Positions 8,823 to 19,149 of a stretch of 64,000 bases of DNA are shown here, piece by piece; position 1 is the stretch's first letter; each line of letters starts with the position of its first letter. A program made the translations under genes and the position numbers. Origin of the DNA: Eubacteriales bacterium. Lineage in GTDB: Bacteria; Bacillota; Clostridia; Oscillospirales; CAG-272. The notes beneath the pieces are model-generated. The model was given only the letters and a program-made list of their open reading frames with translations, did no database searches and was not told the origin of the DNA. The stretch is from positions 17,886-81,885 of the forward strand of contig JAZOSH010000017.1 in the NCBI GenBank assembly GCA_045656985.1. The letters run 5' to 3'.

Positions 8823-8828
8823 ATATGT

Positions 8829-9131
8829 ACTGGGTAAATCATAGCCCAGAGCAGCCGCAAGCTGTAAAATAAGGCCATACCAGCCGGGGAATTAGCGGTG
8901 CCCTGTACCTGAAATCCGCTACAGCAGGGGTTCATTCCTTTTTTGAGGGTTGAGCCTTCTACGGTCAAGAGCCGTCCCTGTTGCGTTGACGAGCGGGTCT
9001 TGCGCAATTGGTGATTGTGAACCATGTCAGGTGGGGAACCAAGCAGCATTAAGCAATTTAACTGATGTGCCGCGAGGGCGCCTGCTCCGAGCAATCGGTA
9101 CGGAAATCGCGTAGGGGTAACACTCGATTTT
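8829..9131 (+). ncRNA. ffs: Signal recognition particle RNA, large Bacillus-type with Alu domain (ends approximate)
   Basis: Domain IV core GTCAGGTGGGGAACCAAGCAGC...GATGTGCCGCGAGGG matches the conserved GUCAGGUCCGGAAGGAAGCAGC...AUGUGCCG pattern. The 5' part carries Alu-type elements (UGUAA, GGUGCCCUGUA). Lies immediately upstream of dnaX, as scr does in B. subtilis. Confidence 0.85.
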
Positions 9132-9183
9132 AAGGTGTATGGTCTTATTTTGCAGCTTGCTTATTTTTATGGAGGTGAAAAAA

Positions 9184-10788
9184 GTGCATCAGGCTTTGTA
9201 CAGAAAATGGCGTCCGCAGATCTTTGATGATGTCTACGGTCAGGAGCATATTACCTCCATACTTAAATATGAAACAGAAAAATCTCGTTTTTCCCACGCG
9301 TACCTTTTTTGCGGTTCAAGAGGAACGGGAAAGACAACCTGTGCAAAAATACTTGCAAAGGCTGTTAACTGTGAGGCGCCTGTAAACGGAAATCCCTGTA
9401 ATGAGTGTCCCTCCTGTCGTGCTATTGACGCAGGGACTGTTACCGATATCCTTGAAATGGACGCAGCATCAAATAACAGTGTTGACAATATAAGAGAAAT
9501 TCGTGACGAGGTAATATACACTCCATCTGTTCTGAAATGCAAGGTATACATTGTTGATGAGGTGCACATGCTCTCTTCCAGCGCCTTCAACGCGCTTTTA
9601 AAAACGCTTGAGGAGCCGCCTTCACATGTTGTATTCATTCTTGCCACCACCGAGCTTCATAAGCTTCCTGCAACGATTATCTCGCGTTGTCAGCGTTTTG
9701 ACTTCAGACGTATAAATGTTTCGGATATAATGGCAAGACTCTCACATATCGCGCAAAAAGAGGGAATAAAGGCAGAGAATGATGCACTTCGCCTTATTGC
9801 AAAGAATGCACAGGGCGGAATGAGAGATGCGATAAGTCTTTTTGAGCTTTGCGCGGGTTCAAATGATACTCTCACTGCAGCTGCGGTAGCAGATATCATA
9901 GGAATTAGTGGAAATCAAACGGTTGCAAAAGTTCTTACTGCAATTCATACACAGGACTACGATACAATATTTAGTGTGATTGACGATATCGTTTCTTCAT
10001 CAAAGGATATCTCTGTATTTTGGAATGATGTGATCGCATTTTGCCGCGATATGCTTATTTACAAGACTACAAAGAGGCCTGAGGAATATCTTGATATTAC
10101 TGAAAGTGAAAAAAAGCTTCTTTCCGATACTACTTCGCTTTTTACAAAGGACACACTGATCTATTTTATGCGTCTTTTGAATGACTCTCTTTATACAATG
10201 CAAAGAGCAGGTGGCGCAAAACGAAATATTGCGGAAATGACACTTATCAAAATGGGAGACGAGGGTTTAAGCTTCTCGGAGGATGCATTGCTTTCAAGAA
10301 TATCAAAGCTTGAGGCTCAGCTTGCGGGTGCAAATGTTACCTACAATGCACCAAAGATAATTGAGGAGCCTGTTGAAACAGCTGATAAGGCTCCAAAAAA
10401 TCCCGATAAGCCACAGAAAGCAGAAACACAGCCTGTTGCCGTGTCAAAAGACCAAACGCCCCAGAAAGAAGAAATTTTGCCCGTTACAGAGGAAAAGATT
10501 ATACGGGGATGGCATGATATATGCAATAAGACTTGCGCGGATAATCCGTCTGTAAACTCGCTTATGAAGCAGGCGAGAGGTTATTCAAAAAATGACGGAA
10601 GTGTTGTTATAAAATTCCCAACAGCATTTCCTATGAATATGGTCAAGCAGTCTTCTGTACCTGCCACACTTCCTTCCATTCTAAGTGGCGTACTCAAAAG
10701 GGAAATAACCGAATCTCAGATTGAATATACAGTGTCGCAGATAATTGAAGATGCTGATGATTTTGATGATCTGACCGAAAATAATTAA
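9184..10788 (+). CDS. dnaX: DNA polymerase III subunit gamma/tau
   Basis: GTG 9184 sits 7 nt after GGAGGTG (alternative ATG at 9169). Walker A GSRGTGKTT, zinc module CNECPSC, Walker B IVDEVHML. Confidence 0.92.
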   Translation: MHQALYRKWRPQIFDDVYGQEHITSILKYETEKSRFSHAYLFCGSRGTGKTTCAKILAKAVNCEAPVNGNPCNECPSCRAIDAGTVTDILEMDAASNNSVDNIREIRDEVIYTPSVLKCKVYIVDEVHMLSSSAFNALLKTLEEPPSHVVFILATTELHKLPATIISRCQRFDFRRINVSDIMARLSHIAQKEGIKAENDALRLIAKNAQGGMRDAISLFELCAGSNDTLTAAAVADIIGISGNQTVAKVLTAIHTQDYDTIFSVIDDIVSSSKDISVFWNDVIAFCRDMLIYKTTKRPEEYLDITESEKKLLSDTTSLFTKDTLIYFMRLLNDSLYTMQRAGGAKRNIAEMTLIKMGDEGLSFSEDALLSRISKLEAQLAGANVTYNAPKIIEEPVETADKAPKNPDKPQKAETQPVAVSKDQTPQKEEILPVTEEKIIRGWHDICNKTCADNPSVNSLMKQARGYSKNDGSVVIKFPTAFPMNMVKQSSVPATLPSILSGVLKREITESQIEYTVSQIIEDADDFDDLTENN

Positions 10789-10807
10789 ACTTGAAGGAGA
10801 AATAAAT

Positions 10808-11140
10808 ATGAGAGCAAATGTACCAAAGGGACCTAGCATGAACTCCATGCTTCGCCAAGCACAAAAAATGCAGGAGGATATGGCGGCACTTCAGGAGGAC
10901 CTTGATTCCCGTGAATATGATATAAGCGCGGGCGGAGGAGTTGTGTCTCTGAAAATAAACGGAAAAAGGGAGATACTTTCAATTGATATCAAGCCCGAAA
11001 TCGTTGATCCCGACGATATAGAGACTCTTTCGGATATTCTTGTTGCTGCAGTTAATGAAGCTATCAAGAGAGTTGACGATACAAACAATGCAGAAATGTC
11101 AAAGCTTACGGGTAGCGTAGGTCTCCCCGGTATGTTCTGA
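10808..11140 (+). CDS. ybaB: Nucleoid-associated protein YbaB/EbfC
   Basis: 110 aa: ...MLRQAQKMQEDMAALQEDL...GGGVVSLKINGKREILSIDIKPEIVDPDD. Conserved dnaX-ybaB-recR order. Confidence 0.9.
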   Translation: MRANVPKGPSMNSMLRQAQKMQEDMAALQEDLDSREYDISAGGGVVSLKINGKREILSIDIKPEIVDPDDIETLSDILVAAVNEAIKRVDDTNNAEMSKLTGSVGLPGMF

Positions 11141-11141
11141 T

Positions 11142-11741
11142 ATGGCAGATTACATTGAATCTCTTGAGCGCCTTGCCGAGCATTTTGCCCGTTTACAGGG
11201 TGTAGGAAAAAAATCAGCTATGCGAATGGCTTTCTCAATTATTGCACTTGATGATGAGGCTGCGGCAGATTTTGCAACATCAATTATTGATGCAAAAAAT
11301 AAGATACATGAGTGTCCCGAGTGCGGTAATCTGACAGATAAAAGCCTTTGCTCGGTCTGCTCTGATCTAACAAGAGACAAGAGTGTCATCTGTGTAGTTG
11401 AGGATGTAAAGGCTGTTCTCTCACTTGAAAAGGTGCGCGAATATCGCGGTGTTTACCATGTTCTTCACGGAGCGATCTCACCCGTAAACGGAATTACTCC
11501 CGATAAAATAAGATTCCGTGAGCTTATTGAGCGCGCAGGAAGTGATGAGGTCAAGGAGGTCATCATAGCTACTAATCCCACTCCGGATGGAGAGGTGACT
11601 GCTATGTATATCTCAAAGTACTTAAAGCCGCTTGGCATCAAGGTAACAAGGCTCGCATACGGAATTCCTGTAGGCTCTGATTTAGAGTATGCAGATGAAG
11701 TAACACTTGGACGCGCTATTGATGGCAGACGTGATATATAA
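11142..11741 (+). CDS. recR: Recombination protein RecR
   Basis: HhH N-terminus, C4 zinc finger CPECGNLTDKSLCSVC, Toprim region VICVVED...YHVLHG. Confidence 0.95.
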   Translation: MADYIESLERLAEHFARLQGVGKKSAMRMAFSIIALDDEAAADFATSIIDAKNKIHECPECGNLTDKSLCSVCSDLTRDKSVICVVEDVKAVLSLEKVREYRGVYHVLHGAISPVNGITPDKIRFRELIERAGSDEVKEVIIATNPTPDGEVTAMYISKYLKPLGIKVTRLAYGIPVGSDLEYADEVTLGRAIDGRRDI

Positions 11742-11744
11742 CCT

Positions 11745-11770
11745 AAAAAGGAGGCAATGCCTCCTTTTTT
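11745..11770. terminator. Bidirectional terminator between convergent recR and the PBP gene
   Basis: AAAAAGGAGGC-AAT-GCCTCCTTTTTT, a perfect hairpin with A- and T-runs on both sides. Confidence 0.85.
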
Positions 11771-14246
11771 ATTCTTTATTTTCATTCTTCCACGCGAAGT
11801 AATTAAAGTGCTCAGAGCAATACCTGTTGTATTGCTTGCCGCCGTAGGATATGCCCGAATATTCGTTTTCTTTTAAGAGATTAGAATAAAAGGGAAGCTC
11901 TGATACAGTGGAGGGAAGTATTCTAGTTGAAATATCTCGCCAAGTGTATTGCGCATCTGTGACATATACCTGCATGGGGAAGCTTCTCTTAACATTTATA
12001 AGACCTATTGAGGATATATTTTCCTTTGGGCAGTAGGGACATGCCACGCCACCGTAAAGGGTGTCGTAGTCAACAAGAAGGTGAACATCGCAATATTGAT
12101 GTGGCTCATCTCCCTTTACAAAATATCCCGTTTCGGAGCGTGCTCCTCTCGGGTCACTTAAGCATGCCTCGGTCATAAGCTTACCTGAGTCCTTACAAAA
12201 GGTTGCTTTTATTATATTATCACTCAAAGAAAAGGATATATTTTTTTTGCTTGTTATATTTTCCTCATTAAGTGTTGTCATAACTTTGTTCCATACCTTG
12301 TGGCACAGCTCCCCTGCTGAATTATCAAGTGTTTTTGGATATTCAAATCCAAGCCAGATGCCGCAGATATATTCGGGAGTATAGCCGATAAACCATTTAT
12401 CAAAATTACTTTGTGTTGTTCCTGTTTTTCCTGCAACATCAATTTTTTTAGCAAGAGCAATGTCTGTTGCCGTTCCACCAACCAGTACATTTTTTAGCAT
12501 TAATGTCATAATTGATGCATTTTCCTCGCTAATAACCGATTCGCCGTGATAAGGATTTGATAAGATTTCCTTTCCTTGACTGTCGGTGACCTTTATATAT
12601 GAGCGATATTCGTTATAAATTCCCTCGTTGGCAAAAATAGAGTATGCTGCAGTAGTTTCGCGTAGCGTAACGCCGTAGTTAAACTGTCCGAGAGCAAGGG
12701 CAGCAATATCTTTATCAGTTACAATACTTCCGTCTGGTGTGGTTCCGTACGGTATAAGGCTTTTCATATAAAGTTTATCATAAAGAAAATTAAATGATGC
12801 ATCAAGTCCAAGGTCATCAAGAACCTTTATTGTTACAGTATTTATTGAATGACTTATCGCATAATTAATATTTGTAAGTCCACGATATATTCCATTTGCA
12901 TTTTTAGGCCATGCTACACCCTTTGGGTTTCTTGAGTTGTAATTTGAAAATTTTATCGGTACATCATCATAAACTGTCGCCCAATCAATAATTCCTTCTT
13001 CAAGAGCAGGGGCGTAAACCGAAAGAGGTTTTATTACAGAGCCTGCCGGTCGAACCGTTTGTGTTGCAAAATTTTGAATTCTGTTTGCCGTCTTTTCACC
13101 AACACCGCCCGCAACACCGAGAATATCTCCCGTTAAAGGATCAATAACTATCATAGCCGATTGAGGTCTCTCACCCGTTTCATCTAAAAGAAAATTCTTT
13201 TCGTTTTCATAATACTCTTCAAGTAAAGCCTGCACCTCAATATCCATTGCCGTATATATCCTGAGGCCGCCCGTATATACAGCTAGACTTGCTGCTGCAC
13301 GGCTGTAGCCTTTTATCGCAACCAAGTCATTAATAACATCATCTATTACCATGTCTATATACCAGGAATTGACTGTTGTTCTGCTATCCTTCTCGGGAGG
13401 GGATGTTATAAGCTCCTCCGAGACAGCCTCGTTATATTCACTTTCATTGATATAGCCTTGTGATAACATCTGTGCAAGAATGAGATTCCGTCTCTTGATA
13501 TTGTTATCGGGATTTTTAATTGGATCATAGTAGGTGGGACTGTTTGTTATCGAGGCAATGCTTGCGCATTGGGCAAGTGTAAGATCAGCTACATCCTTTG
13601 AAAAATAATACTCGGAGGCAGCTCCTACACCAAAGCATCCATTTGAAAGATTTATTACATTGAGATACATTGTGATGATCTCTTTTTTATCAAATTTCTT
13701 TTCAAGATCAAGCGCCCAAAATATTTCCTGAAGCTTACGTTGAAAGGAATAGTCGTCATTTTCGGTAACATTTTTTATTAGCTGTTGTGTAATTGTTGAT
13801 CCACCAAAGCTATCATTAAATTTGAGAAAATAGTTCACAGAGGCTGCTGCAGTTCGTTTCCAATCAACACCACTGTGCTCCATAAAGCGTTTATCTTCAA
13901 TGCATATAAATGCATTTATAAGATTTTCAGACAGATCATCGTAACTAGTACTCTTACATCTGTATGCACTATAAAGCTCTTTATCCGAGAGCTCACACAC
14001 TGTCCCTATTCTGTTTTCTCTGTCTTCAAACTCGTAATAATAAAGCTTTGTTGAAGCCCCTGTGCCGATTGAGGTGAACATACTCTCATCAACTGTCTTA
14101 TCTATCTTTTTTTCAACATATATAGCAAAAACAAGCGCTACCGTCAAGACAACCATGCACAATACTATAGCTACTGTAAGTATAAACTTAAGCAAAATGG
14201 CGAGAAATCGACTTTTAGTTTTTGTTTTCTTCATTGGCTTCTCCAT
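11769..14246 (-). CDS. Class A penicillin-binding protein (glycosyltransferase + transpeptidase)
   Basis: N-terminal TM. GT51 motif CIEDKRFMEHSGVD. SxxK (GSVIKP), SxN (SHSINT), KTG (GKTGTT). Cys-containing C-terminal extension. Alternative start at 14234 (MKKTK) has the better SD (GGAG). Confidence 0.9.
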   Translation of the reverse strand: MEKPMKKTKTKSRFLAILLKFILTVAIVLCMVVLTVALVFAIYVEKKIDKTVDESMFTSIGTGASTKLYYYEFEDRENRIGTVCELSDKELYSAYRCKSTSYDDLSENLINAFICIEDKRFMEHSGVDWKRTAAASVNYFLKFNDSFGGSTITQQLIKNVTENDDYSFQRKLQEIFWALDLEKKFDKKEIITMYLNVINLSNGCFGVGAASEYYFSKDVADLTLAQCASIASITNSPTYYDPIKNPDNNIKRRNLILAQMLSQGYINESEYNEAVSEELITSPPEKDSRTTVNSWYIDMVIDDVINDLVAIKGYSRAAASLAVYTGGLRIYTAMDIEVQALLEEYYENEKNFLLDETGERPQSAMIVIDPLTGDILGVAGGVGEKTANRIQNFATQTVRPAGSVIKPLSVYAPALEEGIIDWATVYDDVPIKFSNYNSRNPKGVAWPKNANGIYRGLTNINYAISHSINTVTIKVLDDLGLDASFNFLYDKLYMKSLIPYGTTPDGSIVTDKDIAALALGQFNYGVTLRETTAAYSIFANEGIYNEYRSYIKVTDSQGKEILSNPYHGESVISEENASIMTLMLKNVLVGGTATDIALAKKIDVAGKTGTTQSNFDKWFIGYTPEYICGIWLGFEYPKTLDNSAGELCHKVWNKVMTTLNEENITSKKNISFSLSDNIIKATFCKDSGKLMTEACLSDPRGARSETGYFVKGDEPHQYCDVHLLVDYDTLYGGVACPYCPKENISSIGLINVKRSFPMQVYVTDAQYTWRDISTRILPSTVSELPFYSNLLKENEYSGISYGGKQYNRYCSEHFNYFAWKNENKE

Positions 14247-14337
14247 AAATTTTCCGTTACTGTTATTATTGTACAGAAAAAGAATATATAATCATTTTTT
14301 AGGCGATAATATAGTTATTAAGAAAAAGGAGCAGAAA

Positions 14338-14733
14338 ATGAAAAACGAAAATAAAGCAATGATGGTTGTGGCAGCTTATATTTTGATAATGCTCATAGTT
14401 TCACTTGTTGCTATAAGCACTGTAAAAAAGAATGCCACAGAAGATATAATACCGGAGAAGAATCTTGAAACTGATATGCAAATTGTATATATTCCCATAT
14501 ATAAAACAACCGAGGAATATGAGAGTGATGAAGCGGAGCCTATAGAAAAAACATATATTTTAAAAGAATATCAGGGTAAAATAGGTATTTACTCTGATGG
14601 AGGAGTTCTTATTGATGTGCTTGAGGTTTATATAAAGCTTCTCCCCGAGACAGACAGAAATCTGCTCGGGGAGGGAATCAAGGTGTCGGGTGAAGCAGAG
14701 CTCCACGCACTTATTGAGGATTATATGGGATAG
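14338..14733 (+). CDS. Small membrane-anchored protein with BofC C-terminal-like domain (tentative)
   Basis: ATG 14338 after AAGGAG; the track ORF from 14062 overlaps the PBP gene. One TM. C-terminal YILKEYQGKIGIYSDGG...LPETDRNLLGEGIKVSGEAELHALIEDY resembles the BofC-type domain from memory. Confidence 0.4.
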   Translation: MKNENKAMMVVAAYILIMLIVSLVAISTVKKNATEDIIPEKNLETDMQIVYIPIYKTTEEYESDEAEPIEKTYILKEYQGKIGIYSDGGVLIDVLEVYIKLLPETDRNLLGEGIKVSGEAELHALIEDYMG

Positions 14734-17700
14734 TCAGCGAAGAACAACATTTTCCTTGCCAAGAATATCGTATAGCTCGGAAAGGACCGAGTTCGTAATG
14801 CCAATACCCTTTGAATACGCAATGTATTTTCCGCTTTCCATATTGTAAAATATTACACGGGTCGTTCCTTCAAAAATATCAACAAGATTAAGTGCTTTTT
14901 TATACTCTCTGCACTCCATATTCTTTACACGAAGATAAATTTTTTCAGGTTCAGAAGAAGCTTGCATTTGGGGCTTTGCCTCGGAGGCAGGCTTTTTTTC
15001 TGGCAGTTTAAAATGTGCATTTTCTATAAGCTCGCTGACAGATGAAACAATTATCTTCGGTGCTTCATCGTCGCGAACCGAAAGAGAACCTTCAATTAAA
15101 AGTGCATTGTCCTTACGAAGCAGATGCATAAAGTTTGAATAGCGAGCGGAGAAGAATATACACTCTATCTCGGCATATCTGTCCTCAACTGTAACAAATG
15201 CCATTCTGTCATTCTGTCGGGTGTTTTTGACCGTTATTGAGGTAACTACCGCTGCAATTTTGACATATTTTCTGTCACTTACTGTATCATCACCTATAAT
15301 GTTTGCAAGAGAGGATGCGCCAAGAGAGTCAACATGATTTGAATAGCTGTCAATTATATGTCCTGAGAAATACATGCCCGAGCTTTCTTTTTCAAGCATA
15401 AGCTTTTCTTTAAGTGTAAATTCGGGAATATTCGGGTACTCAAATGCAGGAGCTACAGACTCACTTGCAGGGAGAGCAGAGAACATATCAAGCTGACCTA
15501 TGATATTATTTCTGTTTTTGGCATTTAGAATATCAATAAGTCGTTCGTAGGAGGCAAGAAGTTTACTTCTGTATATGCCGAGCCCGTCAAAGGTACCTGC
15601 TTTAATAAGCGTTTCAACCATTCGCTTATTGAGGTCGCTCTCACTCATTCTTTCCAGAAAATCTTCAAAGCTTTCAAAGGGCTTGCGTCTTCTCACTGTC
15701 ATCATGTTTTCAATAAATTGCTTACCAACATTTTTGAGTGCAAGCAGACCAAAAACAATATCATTGCCCTTTGCGGTAAAGTAGATACCACTCGCATTTA
15801 TATCTGGCGGAAGAACTCTTATTCCATATTTTGAGCATTCTGAAATATATTCTGCAAGCTTTGTCATATTTCCAAGTACAGAGGTCAGAAGAGCAGCCAT
15901 ATATTCTGTTGTATAATGAGCCTTAAGATAGGCAGTTCTATATGATATCACAGCATATGCGGCAGCATGACTCTTATTGAATGCATAATTCGCAAAGGAT
16001 GTCATATCCTCAAAGAGCAATCTTGCAGCATCCTCGGGAATACCCTTACTGGTAGCACCGCAAACAAAGCTTTCTCGCTCTGCTTCAAGAAGCGCTGCCT
16101 TCTTTTTTGACATTGCGCGTCGTACAATATCAGCATGTCCAAAGGAAAAGCCTGATATCTCGCGGCAGATACTCATAACTTGCTCCTGATAAACTGTACA
16201 GCCATATGTGGATCTCAAAATCGGCTCAAGCTGGGGAAGAGCATATTTTACTTTATCGGGATTATGTCGACCTTCAATATATTTTGGAATAGAATCCATA
16301 GGACCGGGACGGTAAAGCGCAATAGCGGCGATGATATCCTCAAAGCGAGAGGGAACAAGCTCTGTGAGCATCTGTCTCATGCCTGCAGATTCAAGCTGAA
16401 ATAGTCCAAGAGTATTTCCGCTTGACAAAAGCTTGTATGTGTCGGGATCGTCAAAGGGGATCCTTTCTATATTAAAGCTTGGATCACTCTCCTTGATAGC
16501 CTTTACAGCATCATCAATTATAGTGAGGTAACGCAAACCGAGGAAGTCAAATTTAAGTAATCCAAGGTTAGCAACGGTATTCATATCAAACTGCGTTACA
16601 ACAGCATCTTTACTTGTAGCCAGCGGAACATGGTCGGAAAGAGGTTCGTCTGTTACAACAAGCCCTGCGGCATGAATTGTAATATTTCGTGGCATTCCTT
16701 CAAGTGCCATAGCGGTATTAACAAGCTTTTGCACCTCATCAGAGCTATTATAGAGCTCCTTGAGAGCGGGAAGCTTGAGTGCAGCTTCAATAGTTATTCC
16801 AACATCCTTTGGTACTGTGCGCGCTACCTTGTCTACATCTGAATATGACATACCAAGTGCACGGCCCACATCTCTTATCGCCGCACGGGCAGCAAGAGTA
16901 CCGAATGCAGCTATCTGCGAGACATTGTCATTTCCATATTTCTCAAACATGTAAGAGATGACCTCATCTCGTCTGTTATAGCAAAAATCCACATCTATAT
17001 CGGGCATGCTGACTCTTTCAGGGTTAAGAAAACGCTCAAAAAGAAGATCAAATTTGATTGAATCAACATCTGTAATTCCAATAAGATAAGCAACAAGGCT
17101 ACCTGCACCCGAGCCTCTGCCTGGACCTACAGGAATAGATTTTGATTTTGCGTAATTAACATAGTCCTCAACTATAAGGAAATAGTCGGAATAGCCCATC
17201 TTTGATATAACAGAAAGCTCATAGTTTATTCTTTCAAGATATTCTTCCTTTGAGTGCTCGCCAAAAACAATATCACAAGCTTCTACCTTCTTGTCAAAGC
17301 CCTCATAAGTAAGCTTTTTGAGATATTCATCGGATGAAATTCCGCCGGGTGTCTTATAGCTTGGCAATCTTGTATTTTCAAATGAAAAATCAAAATTGCA
17401 CATATCAGCTATCTTTACAGTGTTCTCAAGCGCTCCATCGTACTGGCCGAAAAGCGCTCTCATTTCGTCACTTGTTTTATAATAAAACTCATCTGTTTCA
17501 AAGCCAATAGGTCTACCATTTGTGATGACATTATCTGTCTGTATGCACATAAGTATAGCCTGTGTTTCGGAATCGGCGCGGCGTAGATAGTGACAGTCAT
17601 TCGTCGCAACAAGACCTATGTCGCACTCATTGGCAAGGCGTACAAGAGAGGGAAGTATCTGTGTCTGCTCTGCAAGTCCGTGATTTTGTATCTCAATATA

Positions 17701-18210
17701 AAAATTCTCCTTGCCGAATATGCTTTTCATTTTAAGAGCATAAGAACGCGCAGCATCATAGTCTCCGCGCGAAAGGTCACGGGGGATTCTGCCCGCAAGA
17801 CAGGCAGAGAGAGCAACAAGACCCTCTGAATGTGACATGAGAAGCTCGTCGTCAACTCTGGGCTTTGAATAAAATCCTTCTGTAAAGCCTTTGGAGACAA
17901 GATAAATAAGATTTCTGTATCCTACTTCATTTTTACAGAGCAGCACAAGGTGATACGGTTTTGCATCAGCAGGGGTTTTTCCAAATCTTGAATTTGGTGC
18001 TACATACACCTCACAGCCAATAATAGGCTTTATATTTTCAGCTTTGCAGGCGCGATAAAAATCCACCACGCCATACATAACTCCGTGGTCGGTGATAGCA
18101 ACTGCAGTATGACCGCATTCCGCAGCCCGCTTGGGAATTTCGGTAATTCTGCAAGCGCCGTCAAGCAAGCTGTATTCACTATGAAGATGAAGGTGTACGA
18201 AATCAGACAT
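14734..18210 (-). CDS. dnaE: DNA polymerase III alpha subunit (DnaE type)
   Basis: ATG 18210 after GGAG; the track start at 18222 is TTG. PHP motif FVHLHLHSEYSLLDG. About 1158 aa with palm/fingers and an OB region. Confidence 0.95.
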   Translation of the reverse strand: MSDFVHLHLHSEYSLLDGACRITEIPKRAAECGHTAVAITDHGVMYGVVDFYRACKAENIKPIIGCEVYVAPNSRFGKTPADAKPYHLVLLCKNEVGYRNLIYLVSKGFTEGFYSKPRVDDELLMSHSEGLVALSACLAGRIPRDLSRGDYDAARSYALKMKSIFGKENFYIEIQNHGLAEQTQILPSLVRLANECDIGLVATNDCHYLRRADSETQAILMCIQTDNVITNGRPIGFETDEFYYKTSDEMRALFGQYDGALENTVKIADMCNFDFSFENTRLPSYKTPGGISSDEYLKKLTYEGFDKKVEACDIVFGEHSKEEYLERINYELSVISKMGYSDYFLIVEDYVNYAKSKSIPVGPGRGSGAGSLVAYLIGITDVDSIKFDLLFERFLNPERVSMPDIDVDFCYNRRDEVISYMFEKYGNDNVSQIAAFGTLAARAAIRDVGRALGMSYSDVDKVARTVPKDVGITIEAALKLPALKELYNSSDEVQKLVNTAMALEGMPRNITIHAAGLVVTDEPLSDHVPLATSKDAVVTQFDMNTVANLGLLKFDFLGLRYLTIIDDAVKAIKESDPSFNIERIPFDDPDTYKLLSSGNTLGLFQLESAGMRQMLTELVPSRFEDIIAAIALYRPGPMDSIPKYIEGRHNPDKVKYALPQLEPILRSTYGCTVYQEQVMSICREISGFSFGHADIVRRAMSKKKAALLEAERESFVCGATSKGIPEDAARLLFEDMTSFANYAFNKSHAAAYAVISYRTAYLKAHYTTEYMAALLTSVLGNMTKLAEYISECSKYGIRVLPPDINASGIYFTAKGNDIVFGLLALKNVGKQFIENMMTVRRRKPFESFEDFLERMSESDLNKRMVETLIKAGTFDGLGIYRSKLLASYERLIDILNAKNRNNIIGQLDMFSALPASESVAPAFEYPNIPEFTLKEKLMLEKESSGMYFSGHIIDSYSNHVDSLGASSLANIIGDDTVSDRKYVKIAAVVTSITVKNTRQNDRMAFVTVEDRYAEIECIFFSARYSNFMHLLRKDNALLIEGSLSVRDDEAPKIIVSSVSELIENAHFKLPEKKPASEAKPQMQASSEPEKIYLRVKNMECREYKKALNLVDIFEGTTRVIFYNMESGKYIAYSKGIGITNSVLSELYDILGKENVVLR

Positions 18211-18227
18211 ATATTTCTCCAAAAAAA

Positions 18228-19130
18228 TCAGTTATCAATTTCTTCTGCCTCGCGGCAAAGCTTTTCAAGTCTGTGGTTAAGTCCCGATTTTGAAATCGGC
18301 GGATTGTGAAGCGCGGCAAGCTCTGTAAGAGATGCTTCTTCGTTTTCAATTCTAATTCTCGCTGTTATCTGAAGCTCCTCGGGGAGCGAGTCAAGTCTGT
18401 GTGAATCAATAAGTGATCTTATTGCAACGATCTGCTTTCTTGAAGCATTAACAGCCTTTTTTATATTACTTGTAACGCAGTTTACGCCTCTGTTTATATC
18501 ATTTCTCTCCTCATTTTCCATAGCTATTTCAGTAAGTCTGAAGCTGAGCTTCACTGCACCTATAAAGTAAAGAAGATCGGAGATCATTACATTTGATTTG
18601 AAATAAAGTCCGCTTGAATTTGCTCTGTTGGTTATTCGTGGCACGAAGCCTGCTACAGAAAGAAATCTGTATAGCTTTGAGGCTCTTGAGAGGTTTTCCT
18701 TTGAGAGAGAAAATTCAAGATTAAGGCTCTTTTGAGGATCGTTTAGTTTTGCAATAGCAATAAAGGCTCCGCGCAAGAACATCTGCTCACACATCGGACA
18801 GTTAAGCGGAATGGCTTCTGCTATTGAGATCTCGGGATCGTTATCTATAAGCTCAAAGATCCTTGATATGGAATTTGAACGAAAGTCAAGCCTGTGATAC
18901 TCCTTTCCGGGTTTTTTGGTAATTGAATATCTTGGCTTACAGTTATAAATTGACTGTAAAAGACTACTTGCGGCATCACATGCTTCTTTAAAGGAGAATT
19001 CAAGTGAAAAATCACTTTCACCAAGCCTTTTAGTATTTATGAGAAGACCTATAAGAAAGGCTTTCTTGCAACAGGTCTTTTTTATTTGATTTTCAAGCAA
19101 CTCGTGCTTGAGCTCATTAGCAAACGACAC
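18228..19130 (-). CDS. whiA: DNA-binding protein WhiA
   Basis: MSFANELKHELL...KKTCCKKAFLIGLL, degenerate LAGLIDADG domains, C-terminal HTH (...SKSGLNHRLEKL). Confidence 0.9.
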   Translation of the reverse strand: MSFANELKHELLENQIKKTCCKKAFLIGLLINTKRLGESDFSLEFSFKEACDAASSLLQSIYNCKPRYSITKKPGKEYHRLDFRSNSISRIFELIDNDPEISIAEAIPLNCPMCEQMFLRGAFIAIAKLNDPQKSLNLEFSLSKENLSRASKLYRFLSVAGFVPRITNRANSSGLYFKSNVMISDLLYFIGAVKLSFRLTEIAMENEERNDINRGVNCVTSNIKKAVNASRKQIVAIRSLIDSHRLDSLPEELQITARIRIENEEASLTELAALHNPPISKSGLNHRLEKLCREAEEIDN

Positions 19131-19149
19131 TTGTTTTCTCCTTTCTTTT

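Noticed and set aside
8881-8990. Local resemblance to cobalamin-riboswitch elements (GGGGAAUUAGCGGUG...GAAAUCCGCUACAGC and a B12-box-like GGUCAAGAGCCGUCC).
   Set aside because: The stretch is continuous with the SRP RNA S-domain. It contains the Alu-domain UGUNR / GGUGCC-UGUA features, and no B12-related gene follows. It is better explained as the SRP Alu domain.
8816-9094. 92-aa minus-strand ORF in the oadA-dnaX gap.
   Set aside because: It lies inside the SRP RNA gene (conserved domain IV sequence, its own promoter, scr-dnaX synteny). There is no SD and the composition is implausible.
10109-10116. In-frame A AAA AAG heptamer in dnaX, the same slippery sequence E. coli uses for the -1 frameshift that produces gamma.
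   Set aside because: It lies near codon 310, inside the clamp-loader domain III, so a shifted product (about 22 extra codons) would be truncated too early. No stable downstream hairpin is evident, and A-runs are frequent in this AT-rich genome. It could still be tested by mass spectrometry or western blot.
14731-14736. The convergent BofC-like gene and dnaE have adjacent stop codons, with zero intergenic bases and no terminator between them.
   Set aside because: It is unusual-looking but probably just compact gene packing. Without transcript data there is no basis for proposing antisense regulation.
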